Shown here: piece after piece, positions 1 through 10,497 of the stretch
Layout of the letters: each line of letters begins with the position of its first letter
How positions within the stretch are numbered: the stretch's first letter is position 1
NCBI GenBank assembly: GCA_030704615.1
Contig: JAKLZA010000046.1
Coordinates: 1-25,000 of the forward strand
From: Takakia lepidozioides
Taxonomy: Eukaryota > Plantae > Bryophyta
DNA length: 25,000 nucleotides
Direction: 5' to 3'
Made by a program: the position numbers and the translations under genes
The notes under the pieces: model-generated
Database searches by the model: none
What the model saw: the letters and a program-made list of their open reading frames with translations, nothing else
Told to the model about the DNA's origin: nothing

Positions 1-617
1 AGTTTGTCACCGAAAGAAGATGAACAAGACAGACAGCGACGAGCAGCATGTCCGCGAATAAGATTTCAATGGCTCTTTGTTACACTCGTGACTGATCGAT
101 TGGTTCACAACATCAGAGAAAGAAACATTTGTCAGTAGTCCCGTAATCTTGAAGATTATGTTGAGAAATCCTGGTGAGTAGTTTGTCGATCATAAAGTTT
201 CCTTTCAGATTTTACAGAGTGACTCAATGGATCAGAATCAAAGCCTTCTGTGCAAATTGTGGATGCAGAAGAGCAGAGTTCACATCGGTGCGGCGCCAAA
301 GAACGGAAGGATAATGATCATGATGCCAGCAAAAGCTAGCAAGCATATCTATGAACGTTGTTCCCCGCAATGTGGATCATGGTGTCCTGCGGGCCATACG
401 GCTTTTCAGGGTTATTGCAACGTAAGATCCTTACGAAACTACTGATTTGATCCTCAAATGACCTTGCTCGGGTCTCTTCGACTTTACAGAAGTGTACCAG
501 TAAGTATTCATAGTTCCCGTTTGCAAACTTCATCTGAAGCGGCTCCTTGGACTTCCGTTTGTAGAGTGCTGTGCTACATGCGACCGAGACCAGATTTTCA
601 GAGGAGGTCAGAAGCTT
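1..617 (+). repeat. Copy 1 of an unidentified ~620-bp direct repeat (partner at 9874-10497), probably truncated by the window edge
   Basis: Collinear with 9874-10497 from 'agtttgtcaccgaaagaagatgaacaagac' to 'gaggaggtcagaagct', with scattered substitutions and small indels. Minus-strand ORFs 336..623 and 10283..10540 share LLTSSENLVSVACSTALYKRKSKEPLQMKFANGNYEYLLVH. Confidence 0.92.
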
Positions 618-1425
618 AATCATCAGTTAAATCTACTTGCTATGTAAGGACCATGCTCCTCAACACCATTGACTATGCCCCAAGGCTATACCGGTTTCGG
701 TCATCGACACCCCGCAGGGTGCTTGGGATCGTGTAACGAATGAACAGGGTGTCAGTCGTGGAGGGTACCCCGATGGAGGCTGCTCCGTCTGTGTCTGTTT
801 AGGAGGCGTTATGGCAGCAGCGGCTTGTTTTGAGACATTGACTCCTCTGCTTGGTTTTGTAATGCAACGATTGGATGCGTCACATAATGCTGCAGAGGGA
901 TTCTCCAGGCTGTGAAGCCGAATTTTTGTGTGGCCCCGACCTGCATCCAAGACCCTTGCAATATCTGGAGAAGCTGAGCAATTGTAAGGAGTGGATCTCA
1001 CAAGGTTTATCCTTGGTGTCACTCTCCAGCTCCATATGTTGGAAAAGTTTACTCAGGTGGATAGTTCTTTATGGTGAATTACTCTCTTCTTCAATGGAAT
1101 TTGGCAAGAAAAAATCACTTATCCAGTATGAATCCTGTGTACCGATGACAATCGATTTGATTACTGGTGAAAGGCTGGGTTAGACATGTTGTGGGAACCA
1201 TGGCGACTCCAGCACTACTACTCTCTCTCTCCAAATGCAACACAAATGGGACACACATGGCTTGATTGTTACTACCGTTGGGCAGTGAGAGAGAAGGGAG
1301 GTTACACCAGCATTGCTCAATAAGGATCAGGTCAATCAGGAGCTAGAGATCTGTGAGTAAGCCTTTATACAGTCAGGCGATGGGAAGCTGGAAAAGTTTT
1401 CATGTAACTGGTTCTTTGCATGCAG

Positions 1426-1505
1426 GTGATCCAATGAACAAAGACCAGCTCTGGCAAGACTTATTCACGGACCCTTCACAATGGTGGGACACCAGGTTTG
1501 AGAAG
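1426..1505 (+). CDS. Upstream exon of PPR-A encoding the first half of an OSB/PDF-like motif
   Basis: tgcag| acceptor (AG 1424-1425) and aag|gtgggt donor (GT 1506). Translates GDPMNKDQLWQDLFTDPSQWWDTRFEK, with an in-frame ATG at 1434. It has the same 80-nt length and boundaries as the homologous exon of PPR-C (14142-14221). Confidence 0.7.
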
Positions 1506-1724
1506 GTGGGTTATCCTAAATGAGGATGGAAAAGTTTGTCAATAAAGGATTGGTGATTGAATCTGCAAAAGTAGTTCTGAGTGCTGCTATCACTATAGGA
1601 GGTTATTCAAGGTTTTTCCCAGTTACTTGAAAGATCCTTAGGGCTTTGGTGGTTCTAGCGTGGTCTAAGCAAGGCTGTGGTTCTAGTTATGGCTACTAAG
1701 ATCTTCCACTGGTGATTTTTACAG

Positions 1725-1888
1725 AGAAGCCTACCAGAGTATAAGCGCAGAAGCAAGGTCCTTTGGATTGAGTCCAAGCCACCTTGGGAGAAAACTGAGC
1801 TTTTTGCTATGATGCAAGGTCAAGCACAATCTGGTAATGCTTCTATTGTCAATGTCCATCATGGAGCTCCTGGACGAGAATGCAATAG
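1725..1888 (+). CDS. Upstream exon of PPR-A encoding the second half of the PDF-like motif plus a linker
   Basis: tttttacag| acceptor (phase 0). Translates RSLPEYKRRSKVLWIESKPPWEKTELFAMMQGQAQSGNASIVNVHHGAPGRECN with no stop. The ag|gtattg donor after 1888 (phase 2) is conserved in PPR-B and joins in frame to the ttttaag| acceptor (exon start 2211). The alternative pair 1833|gtaatg to tag|2219 is also in frame. Confidence 0.65.
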
Positions 1889-2199
1889 GTATTGATTTGA
1901 TGATTCTGAAGGGTTGCAACTCAGACAGAAATGAAATGGTGCTTTATAACGTCCGCGGAAACCTCATAGAGCTTATGGGACATAATGGAAGAAAACATGA
2001 GAGAGGAAACAAAACCAAAGCCAAGAATAAGAACTATTGTTCGAGGGATTGTCTAAGGGACAGAGAAAGGTTGGTACAATTTATTCGAAGTAGATATCTA
2101 CTGTGGTTTGTAACCCTGCTAGTATGTAGCAACAAAAGAAGAGATCTTCCTTTCAAGCATGTAGGAACTTTGAAAGTTTGGATGTGAAGGATTTAAACT

Positions 2200-4401
2200 A
2201 TGGTTTTAAGGCATGTAGGATGGCAGGATTCAATCGGCCACACAGCATTTGAGAGAGGTCCAAGAGAGAGAGTCAGCAAGAACTCATCTGGCACTTGTGA
2301 CTATCAGAGGACACAATGCAAGGGAGAACGACTGAAAGAGGGGCTGCACACTTTGGACCAACAAGGCATCCAAGCAGACTCAAAAACTTATGCCTGCACC
2401 TTGCAGGCGTGCATCAAGACGAATGACCTAGCAGAGGGAAGGAAGGTGCATGCCCATATTATCAAAAGTGGATTGAAGCCAAACGTCTTTCTACTGAACA
2501 CCCTGGTAAACATGTATGCCAAGTGTGGGAGCTTGGTGGATGCGCGCCAAGTATTTGAGAAAATACATAAACGTAACTTATTTACTTGGACTATTATGAT
2601 AGCAGGATATACCAAGTGCGGATGTGCTAGAGAAGCTTTTGAGATCTACGAGCAAATGATATGCGAAAAGGTGACACCTGACAAGGTCACTTTTATCTGT
2701 GTTCTCAACGCGTGTGCCGGACTAGGAGCCCTGCAAGAAGGCAAAAAAGTTCATGCTGCCATCATCAAAGCTGGGATTCTGCCAGATATCATTCTGGAGA
2801 CAGCCCTGGCTGGCATGTATGCCAAATGTGGAAGTGTGTTTGATGCACGCCATGTTTTTGACAGCATGGCTGAGAGAGATGTGGTTTCATGGAACACTAT
2901 GATAGCAGGATATGCTCAGGATGGGTGTGGTAGACAGGCTTTACAGATCTATGAACAAATGCAGAGGGAGAGAGTGACACCCGACAAGGTGACGTTCATT
3001 GGTGTTCTCAATGCTTGTTCGAGCCTAGGAGTCCTTGAGGAGGGCAAAAATGTCCATGCTGAGATCATCAAAGCTGGAATTCCCACAGATATGATTCTGG
3101 AGACTGCCCTGGTCGACATGTATGCCAGATGCGGGAGCATGAATGATGCAGATCAAGTCTTCCACACAATGTCTAAGCGTGATGTGGTCTCATGGAGCAC
3201 TATGATCGCAGGATGTGCCCAGCATGGGTGTGGTAGGGAGGCTTTTGAGATCTATGAGAAAATGATACAGAAAGGGGTGATGCCCATCAAAGTTACATTC
3301 ATTGGTGTTCTCAATGCATGTGCCAGTCTAGGAGCCCTTGATAAAGGGAAAGAGATTCATGCTGACATCATCAGTGCTGGCATGGCGGGAGATACTGTTC
3401 TGGATACGGCTCTTATTGACATGTATGCCAAATGTGGGAGCATGAAAGACGCGCTCCGAGTGTTCACTAATATGATTAACCGAGATGTGGTCTCATGGAG
3501 TGCGATGATTGCAGGATATGCTCATCTTCAGTGTGGCAGGGAGGCATTCCAGATCTATAAGGAAATGATACAGGAAGGGATGACGCCCAACAAGATCACA
3601 TTCATTTCTGTTCTCAATGCATGTGCTGGCCTGGCAGCCCTTGAAATCGGCAAAGAGGTCCATGCTGACATCATCAAAGCCGGTATCGGCCCCGACATCA
3701 TTCTGGAGACAGCCCTTACAGATATGTATGCCAAATGTGGGAGCATAAAGGATGCTTGGCTAGTGTTCGAGAATATGGCTCAACGAAATGTGTTGTCATG
3801 GAATGCCATGATCACAGGGTATGCTCAGAATGGGTGTGGTAGTGAGGCCCTCCAACTATTCGAACAAATGCAACATGAAGGCTTGAAGCCAGACGGTATC
3901 ACCTTTGTAGGTCTTTTCTCTGCATGTAGCTATGTGGGCCTAGTAGACGAAGGTTTTCACTATTTTTGTGCCATGACTCAAGAGTATGGCCTCACTCCTG
4001 CAGTGGAGCATTTTGGCTGCATGGTGGACCTCCTTTGCCGAGCAGGGCGAGTGGATGAAGCCGAGGATTTCATTCACAAAATGCCAATCAAATCAGATGC
4101 TGGGGTGTGGCGGGCACTGCTTGCTGCCTGCAGACTTCATGGTGATTTGGAGGTAGCTGAACGTGCGGCAGAGAACATTATCAACAGGGATCCACACCAG
4201 CCTGCAGGTAATGTGTTGTTTTCCAACATCTGTGTAGCAGCCGGGAGGTGGGAGGATAGTGCAATTGTGAGAAAATTGATGGAGGACATAGATGTCAAAC
4301 AGGAGCCAGGGCACAGCTGCGTAGAGACTGACAACCAGCTGCATACATTCATCGTAGAGAACACATCACATCCACAAATCGAGGAATTCAATGCTGGCTG
4401 A
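2200..4401 (+). CDS. PPR-A: PLS-class pentatricopeptide repeat protein, E+ subgroup (L-S-(P-L-S)x4-P2-L2-S2-E1-E2-PG box, no DYW); putative organellar RNA-editing specificity factor (main exon)
   Basis: 733-aa ORF with 101-aa triplets (VVSWxxMIAGY.. / KVTFIxVLNAC.. / [15 protein letters not shown]..). Has L2-S2 ([21 protein letters not shown]), E1 (VWRALLAACRLHG), E2 and a PG box (EPGHSCVE..HTF..HPQ), and ends EEFNAG*. Confidence 0.95.
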   Translation: MVLRHVGWQDSIGHTAFERGPRERVSKNSSGTCDYQRTQCKGERLKEGLHTLDQQGIQADSKTYACTLQACIKTNDLAEGRKVHAHIIKSGLKPNVFLLNTLVNMYAKCGSLVDARQVFEKIHKRNLFTWTIMIAGYTKCGCAREAFEIYEQMICEKVTPDKVTFICVLNACAGLGALQEGKKVHAAIIKAGILPDIILETALAGMYAKCGSVFDARHVFDSMAERDVVSWNTMIAGYAQDGCGRQALQIYEQMQRERVTPDKVTFIGVLNACSSLGVLEEGKNVHAEIIKAGIPTDMILETALVDMYARCGSMNDADQVFHTMSKRDVVSWSTMIAGCAQHGCGREAFEIYEKMIQKGVMPIKVTFIGVLNACASLGALDKGKEIHADIISAGMAGDTVLDTALIDMYAKCGSMKDALRVFTNMINRDVVSWSAMIAGYAHLQCGREAFQIYKEMIQEGMTPNKITFISVLNACAGLAALEIGKEVHADIIKAGIGPDIILETALTDMYAKCGSIKDAWLVFENMAQRNVLSWNAMITGYAQNGCGSEALQLFEQMQHEGLKPDGITFVGLFSACSYVGLVDEGFHYFCAMTQEYGLTPAVEHFGCMVDLLCRAGRVDEAEDFIHKMPIKSDAGVWRALLAACRLHGDLEVAERAAENIINRDPHQPAGNVLFSNICVAAGRWEDSAIVRKLMEDIDVKQEPGHSCVETDNQLHTFIVENTSHPQIEEFNAG

Positions 4402-5298
4402 AGAGATTGTCTGTCCCCACAATGCTCCCTGGAAGATATGATGTTGCCCCATGTAAGTACAAGACCTTGCAAATTTGAACCGATGGCCATTTCAGACTGT
4501 AGCAGCAACAGCAGATATGGTGCGCATCACAGAGGTGATGACACGATGAACATACGACGGAGAGACGATGAAGCGAAAGAGACACAAGGCGGAGGAGAGA
4601 GGTGAAGAGAAGACAAAGTAGAAGACATAGACACATGCAGAGAGAGAGATTACAAAATGAACCATGCTTGGGCCACTTCAGAATCGAACCAAGACTGGAA
4701 AATCAAAGCCTACAGCCATGAAGTGGCTCATCACCAATTCGTTATTCCATGAGCTGAAGTACAGAACTGCTCTGCAAAGCTGCCATGGAGAAAACACGAG
4801 TTGGAGAAACAAACCACTACAAGGAAGAGTCGCCTTGCAATTTGTAAGGCTGTTGCGCGGACGCGGAAGCCAGATGTGAACGCCGTGGGTGATTGTTCTC
4901 CTGAACTTGGGCTTCAGTACTATGGTCTTGCAACCTTAGTGGCCGAAGGTTACAAGAGCAACAATTATTGCACCTTACCAAGCAGTTTCACAAAAATTTC
5001 AACCTCTCCATCATGATGACACAAAGGTCTTTTCCATTGTATACATAAGTCCCACTCTCTGACAAGCGGATGAGATCTTCCAAAGCATCAACGGCAAATG
5101 GCCTGTGAACGAAGTGTAGATAATTCAACAGATGTTGATGTTTTTTTCCAAACATTGAACAAGCTAATTTTTCAAGGAAAGCTTTGTGTCCATGGTCAAA
5201 ACATCAAAGATGCATGGAAGCAGAGCAAGATATAACCATACTTTGAGCTCCTTTTGTGTTTCAGGCAACACACTTTTTTTTCATGCATGTTGTTTGTT

Positions 5299-5727
5299 TC
5301 ACCAATATTCCCATAAGAACAAAACCCATCTTGTAAGTGGTGGATGTGGTGGATGTCCCTTACAACAAATGCTCTCAGCGCCATCTTTGAGATGAACTTG
5401 TTGACATGTGGCAGTGACCACATACTCAATGGTTCTCGATGATATGGATAGATGTCCTTGGGGGCATGCAAATGAGCCCAAAAGACATGGCCAGCTTCTC
5501 ACTGTGGTAACAATGACAAGTTTTCTTTTGCTCCCCCTCCACATCATGCAATGCAAAGCTATGTACCTGGCCCAGTTTGTGTGCCCAGACAGTCTCTTCA
5601 GCTCTGCATAGATTTCATCAATTTCTGGGTATAAGTTGTCTTCTACACCAAATGTATAGGCCAGGTTGTCGACCTCAATGCATCTGCGTCCTGGCTCTTT
5701 TCGCACCCCTCTCTCCTCCATCATTTT
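5299..5727 (-). pseudogene. Decayed E2 / PG-box / DYW remnant of PPR-B, spread over three reading frames
   Basis: Pieces read MMEERGVRKEPGRRCIEVDNLAYTFGVEDNLYPEIDEIYAELKRLS / SFALHDVEGEQKKTCHCYHSEKLAMSFGLICMPPRTSIHIIENH*VCGHCHMS / KFISKMALRAFVVRDIHHIHHLQDGFCSYG / EYW*. There are at least four frame changes and one in-frame TGA relative to the intact PPR-C DYW. Confidence 0.9.
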
Positions 5728-8417
5728 CCCATTTGTAAGTTGCACCATAGACATTTGAAAGTTGCACATAGGTTGGGGCATGCTGTCGATCCCACTCGAG
5801 AAGGCACTTCGTCGCATATTCTGCTAGATCCACATTGTCATGAATTCGGCAGGCACCAAGCAAGGCCCCCCAAACCCCACCATCTGGTTCAATGGGCATT
5901 TTATTAATGAAGTCTTGTGCCTCATTCAATCGCCCTCCACGACCAAGGAGGTCCACCATACAGCCGAAATGACCCACTGTAGGAGTGAGGCCATAATCCT
6001 GTCTCATAGAATCAAAATAGTGACAGCCTTCATCCACTAAGCCCACATGACTACAAGCACAAAGAAGACATATAAAGGTGATGACGTCTGGTTTGAAGCC
6101 TTTATTTTGCATTTCTTCGAAAAGTTGGAGTGCCTCTTTCCCCAACCCTTGCTGAGCATATCCTCCAATCATCACATTCCATGAGACCACATTTCGTTGT
6201 GGCATACTGTCAAATACTCGACGTGCATCCTGTATGCTCCCACATTTGCTATACATGTCAGCAAGTGCAGTCTCAAGAATGATATCGGGTGCAATTCCAG
6301 CTTTGATGATGTCTGCATGGACACCTTTTCCCTTTTCCAAGGCTGCCAGGCTGGCACATGCATGGAGGACACAAATGAAAGTGATATTGTTGGGTGTTAC
6401 CCCCTCCTGATTCATTTGTTCATATATTTCCAAAGCCTCCATACCACACCCATGCTGAGCATATGCCGCGACCATTGCTGTCCATGAGACCACATTTCGA
6501 TCAGCAATATTGTCAAAGACTTGCCGTGCATCTTTTATGCTCCCACATTTGGCATACATGTCAAGAAGAGTATTCTCCAAATTTATATATGATGCAATTC
6601 CAGCTTTGATAATGTCAGCATGAACCCCAATACCCTTTTCCAGGGAACCTATGCTAGCACAAACATTGAGGATGCAAATGAATGTGACTCTATCAGGCAT
6701 CACTCCTTCACATGTCATTTGTTCATATACGTCAAAAGCCTCCCTAACCCATCCATGCTGACCATATCCTGCGATCATCGCATTCCATGAACGAACATTT
6801 CGTTCAGCCATGTTGTCAAACACTCGTCGTGCATCCTTTATGCTCCCACATTTGGCATATGTCTCAACAAGAACTGTTTCCAGAATGATATCCGGCACAA
6901 TTCCAGCTTTGACGATGTCAGCATGGACCTCTTTGCCCTTTTCCATGGCTGCAAGGCTGGCACATGCATTAAGAATACTAATGAACGTAACCTTGTTGGG
7001 GATGACCCCTTTCTGTATCATCTGGTCGTATATATGGAAGGCCTCCTTCCCACACCCAAGTTGAGCATATCCTGCAATCATTGTGCTCCAGGACACAACA
7101 TCTCGTTCAACCATATTGGCAAAAACTTCACTCGCATCCTTCATGCTCCCACATTTGGCATACATGTTGACAAGGGCAGTCTCCAAAATGCTATCTGTAG
7201 CTATTCCAGCGATGATGATGTCAGCATGGATCTCTTTGCCCTTTTCCAGGGCTCCTCGGTGGGCACAAGCATTGAGAACACAAATAAACGTTACTTTGTC
7301 AGGTGTAACACCTTCATCTATCATCTGCTCATAGATCTCGAAAGCCTCCCTACCAAACCCATGCTGGGCATATCCTGCCGTCATTGCATTCCATGAGACC
7401 ACATTTCGTTTAGCCATATTGTCAAATACTTTACGTGCATCCTGCATGCTCCCACATTTAGCATACATGTCAACAAGGGCAGTCTCCAGAATGACATCTG
7501 GCGCACTTCCAGCTTTGATGATGTGAGCATGTACCCCTTTGCCCTTCTCCAGGTCTCCTAGGCTGGCACATGCATTCAGAATGCATGTGAACGTGACCCT
7601 GTCAGGCGTCACCCCTTCATGTATCATTTGGTCAAAGATCTTGAAAGCCTCTCCACTATATCCATGCTGACTATATCCTGCGATCATTGCATTCCATGAG
7701 ACCACATTTCGTTCGGACATATTGTCAAACACTTGGCGTGCATCCCTTAAACTCCCGCATTTGGCATACATATCAGCCAGGGCAGTCTCAAGAATGATAT
7801 CTGGTGAAATTGCAGCTTTGATGATGTCAGCATGAACCTCGCTGCCCTTTTGAAGGGCTCTTAGCCTGGCACACGCATTGAGAACACAAACGAATGTTAC
7901 CTTGTCAGGAATCACCCTTTCCCGGATCATTTGCCCATAAATTTTCAAAGCCTCCTCACCATACCCATGCCTGGCATAACCTGCTATCATTATAGTCCAC
8001 GTGAACAAATCTCGTTGCAGCATTTTCTCAAACACTCGACGTGCATCCACCATGCTCCCACACTTGGCATACATCTTCACAAGTGTGTTCAGTAGAAAGA
8101 GGTTTGGGTCGAATCCACATTGGATAATATGGGCGTGCACCTGCTTTCCCTTTGCTAGATCTTTCATTTTGATGCACTCCTGCAAGACACAGATGTACAT
8201 ACTGGAGTCTGCCAGAATGCATCCACGGTTCAAAATCTGCAGGTCCTCTTGGACTCCTCCTACCTTCTGTGGTGTCCGTTCACAACCATGAGTACCAGAA
8301 GAGTTCTGGTTAACTCCCTCTCTTGGCGCTCTTTTAAAAACAGTAGTGGCGGAGATGCTTTTCCTTCTGCCATTCTGATGTCCACCAAACCACTGTCTCT
8401 GATCCAACCCTGGTATC
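5675..8417 (-). CDS. PPR-B: PLS-class PPR protein (L-S-(P-L-S)x6-P2-L2-S2-E1-partial E2), truncated by a frameshift before the PG box; main exon
   Basis: 910-aa ORF (5675..8407) with 23 PLS motifs. The ORF-track start is TTG. A catgcag| acceptor gives exon start 8417 (phase 2), matching the phase-2 donor after 8628. A ~20-nt deletion near 5728 (relative to PPR-C) shifts the frame after ..GATYKW. Confidence 0.92.
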
Positions 8418-8627
8418 CTGCATGAATCAGAAGTTTGAATTACAAACTTTTACATTCAAAAACACAGAATATATCTCAAGCACTTCAATGAAAGATTCTT
8501 CTCATACAAACAGGCTCATTTCTACATACCAACAGGTATCCAAAGCCACTCCAGTCCTCCACTTTGAAAATCAACTCTACCAATTCTGTATGTTTCAGAA
8601 GGAAAACCTATATAACCAATACAATAC

Positions 8628-8804
8628 CTGTTGGGTGTTCCACCTGGAGCTCCATGATGTACATCAGCATTAAGACCAGAAGATGGTGCTCGACCTTTGT
8701 GCATCATGGTAGATACGCGTGCTTTCACCCCAGGGGCGTTCAACCCATTGCAACCCAACGGATCTTCTTTGGGCCCTTCTGTCTGAAATATCATGATGGT
8801 TTCT
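8628..8804 (-). pseudogene. Degenerate upstream exon of PPR-B (second half of the PDF-like motif, frameshifted; 3' part still in frame with the PPR exon)
   Basis: ttttttcacag| acceptor. Pieces RNHH / YFRQKGPKKIRWVA / LNAPGVKARVSTMMHKGRAPSSGLNADVHHGAPGGTPN, then ag|gtattg. Homologous to 1725-1888 (VHHGAPG) and to 13780-13919 (LNPPWVK..SAMRQGRA). Confidence 0.65.
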
Positions 8805-9055
8805 CTGTGAAAAAACACCAATGGCTTCAACCACTGTGTTGCACACCACTAAAGCTGCAATGATCTTCAAATCACCGGAATAACATACTTCTACTACCGT
8901 GCTAGTACCAATAAGAGCAGCTGTTGCTTCTTCCAATGCCAAAAGAGCAACTCTCTATTATATGTGAGCAACTAGAGATACAGTACAGACCAAAAAACAT
9001 CATCATGCCATGTTCAATGACAAGTGCCATCTTTCATGTCCTAAATGGTGATAGC

Positions 9056-9135
9056 CTCAACCCTGTCTTCCCACCAGTGCAAAGGGTCTGTGAAGAACTC
9101 CTGCCAGAGCCCTTCTTTGCTCATCATTGCTTGAC
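9056..9135 (-). pseudogene. Upstream exon of PPR-B (first half of the PDF-like motif) with the splice donor deleted
   Basis: ttccttgcagcag| acceptor. Translates GQAMMSKEGLWQEFFTDPLHWWEDRVE. PPR-C reads aggcttgacaag|gttaggctatc where this copy reads agggttg--------aggctatc, an ~8-nt deletion that removes the GT. Confidence 0.7.
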
Positions 9136-9873
9136 CTGCTGCAAGGAAGAATTAGCCAAACATGAAGAACATTGTCAGTCTTTGTTGAGGGGTGTTAGTT
9201 CTGACACATAGACCTTTATTATCTTCTGAGCGAGCACAAAACGATCACGCTGAACTGAGAAAAATTCCTGCCAAGACCATGAGAATTTGGGCATTGCTGC
9301 AGTCTCTGCTGACGAGTTCCAGTCCTTAAAACTAGATCTTAAGCAGCTACATGACTGACGCGCGGTTTATTGAAGATGCTACTGTACGCTTTTTATACTA
9401 ACAACCTTCTCTGTTCCCTCGCCCCCCCCTTCCTCAAGGTAAAATGTGGCTGACAGTGCAATCACAGAGACACATCTGTATCGATTGGAGGCTAGGGTGA
9501 CACTGCTGGAAGAAACCAACATACTTGAATGTCGAGACCTGTCTGCGGTGTCCCTGAAGGCTGGGGAGACGTCAGAGCGATCAGTCGCAAGGATCTGGGG
9601 TCCGATAATGCCAAGTTGGATTCCCACTTGAGCTCCACAGCTTGGTCTTTTCGTCTGATGCATAATGTGAGGCCCATCGCTCACTCCCGGTAGTATTCAG
9701 GATCTTATAGGGTGTCTTGCCTGCGCATCTAGAGGCGCACAGGAGCTCGCTGCCATCTGTGCCCGTCAGAGAGACAATCGCATTTGCCATGTTAACCCGT
9801 TCCTTTGGTCTTTCAACAGAGGAGCTGCGTATCTACTCTCGGCAACTTAGCCTAAGACAAAATTTTCCTCCAC

Positions 9874-10497
9874 AGTTTGTCACCGAAAGAAGATGAACAA
9901 GACAGACAGCGACGAGCAGCATGTCCGCGAATAAGATTTCAATGGCTCTTCGTTAAACTCGTGACTGATCGATTGGTTCACAACATCAGAGAAAGAAAGA
10001 TTTGTTAGTAGTCCCGTAATCTTGAAGATTATGTTGAAGTTTATGGGAATCCTAGTGAGTAGTTTGTCGATCATGAAGTTTCCTTTTAGATTTTACGGAG
10101 TGACTCAATGGATCAGAATCAAAGCCGTCTGTGCAAATTTTGGATGCAGAAGAGCAGAATTCACATCGGTGCGCGCCAAAGAACGGAAGGATAATGATCA
10201 TGATGCCAGCAATGGCTAGCAAGCATATCTATGAACGTTGTTCCCCGCAATGTGGATAGTGTCCTGCGGGCCAGATGGTTTTTCAGGTATTGGAACGTAA
10301 GATCCTTACGAAACTTCTGTTTTGATCTTCAAATGACCCGAGTGTATCATGCTCGGGTCTCTTCGACTTTAAATGTACCAGCAAGTATTCATAGTTCCCG
10401 TTTGCGAACTTCATCTGAAGCGGCTCCTTGGACTTCCGTTTGTAGAGTGCTGTGCTACATGCGACCGAGACCAGATTTTCAGAGGAGGTCAGAAGCT
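9874..10497 (+). repeat. Copy 2 of the ~620-bp direct repeat (partner at 1-617); possibly the 3' part of a longer decayed element or gene starting near 9380
   Basis: Direct nucleotide match to 1-617. No TIR, LTR or recognisable TE protein motif seen. Confidence 0.92.

Noticed and set aside
2400-3900. Periodic nucleotide repeats as a CRISPR or satellite array
   Set aside because: The repeats are in-frame protein-coding PPR motifs in a spliced eukaryotic locus, with no repeat-spacer structure.
4496-4660. Purine-rich stretch that might be an extra PPR-A 3' exon
   Set aside because: It lies after the stop codon, is low complexity, has stops in the + frames and shows no recognisable domain.
5299-5730. 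Frameshifts as simple sequencing errors
   Set aside because: The lesions include a ~20-nt deletion, an in-frame stop and many substitutions concentrated in DYW and the upstream exons, while >7 kb of neighbouring ORF is clean. Single homopolymer cases still merit a read check.
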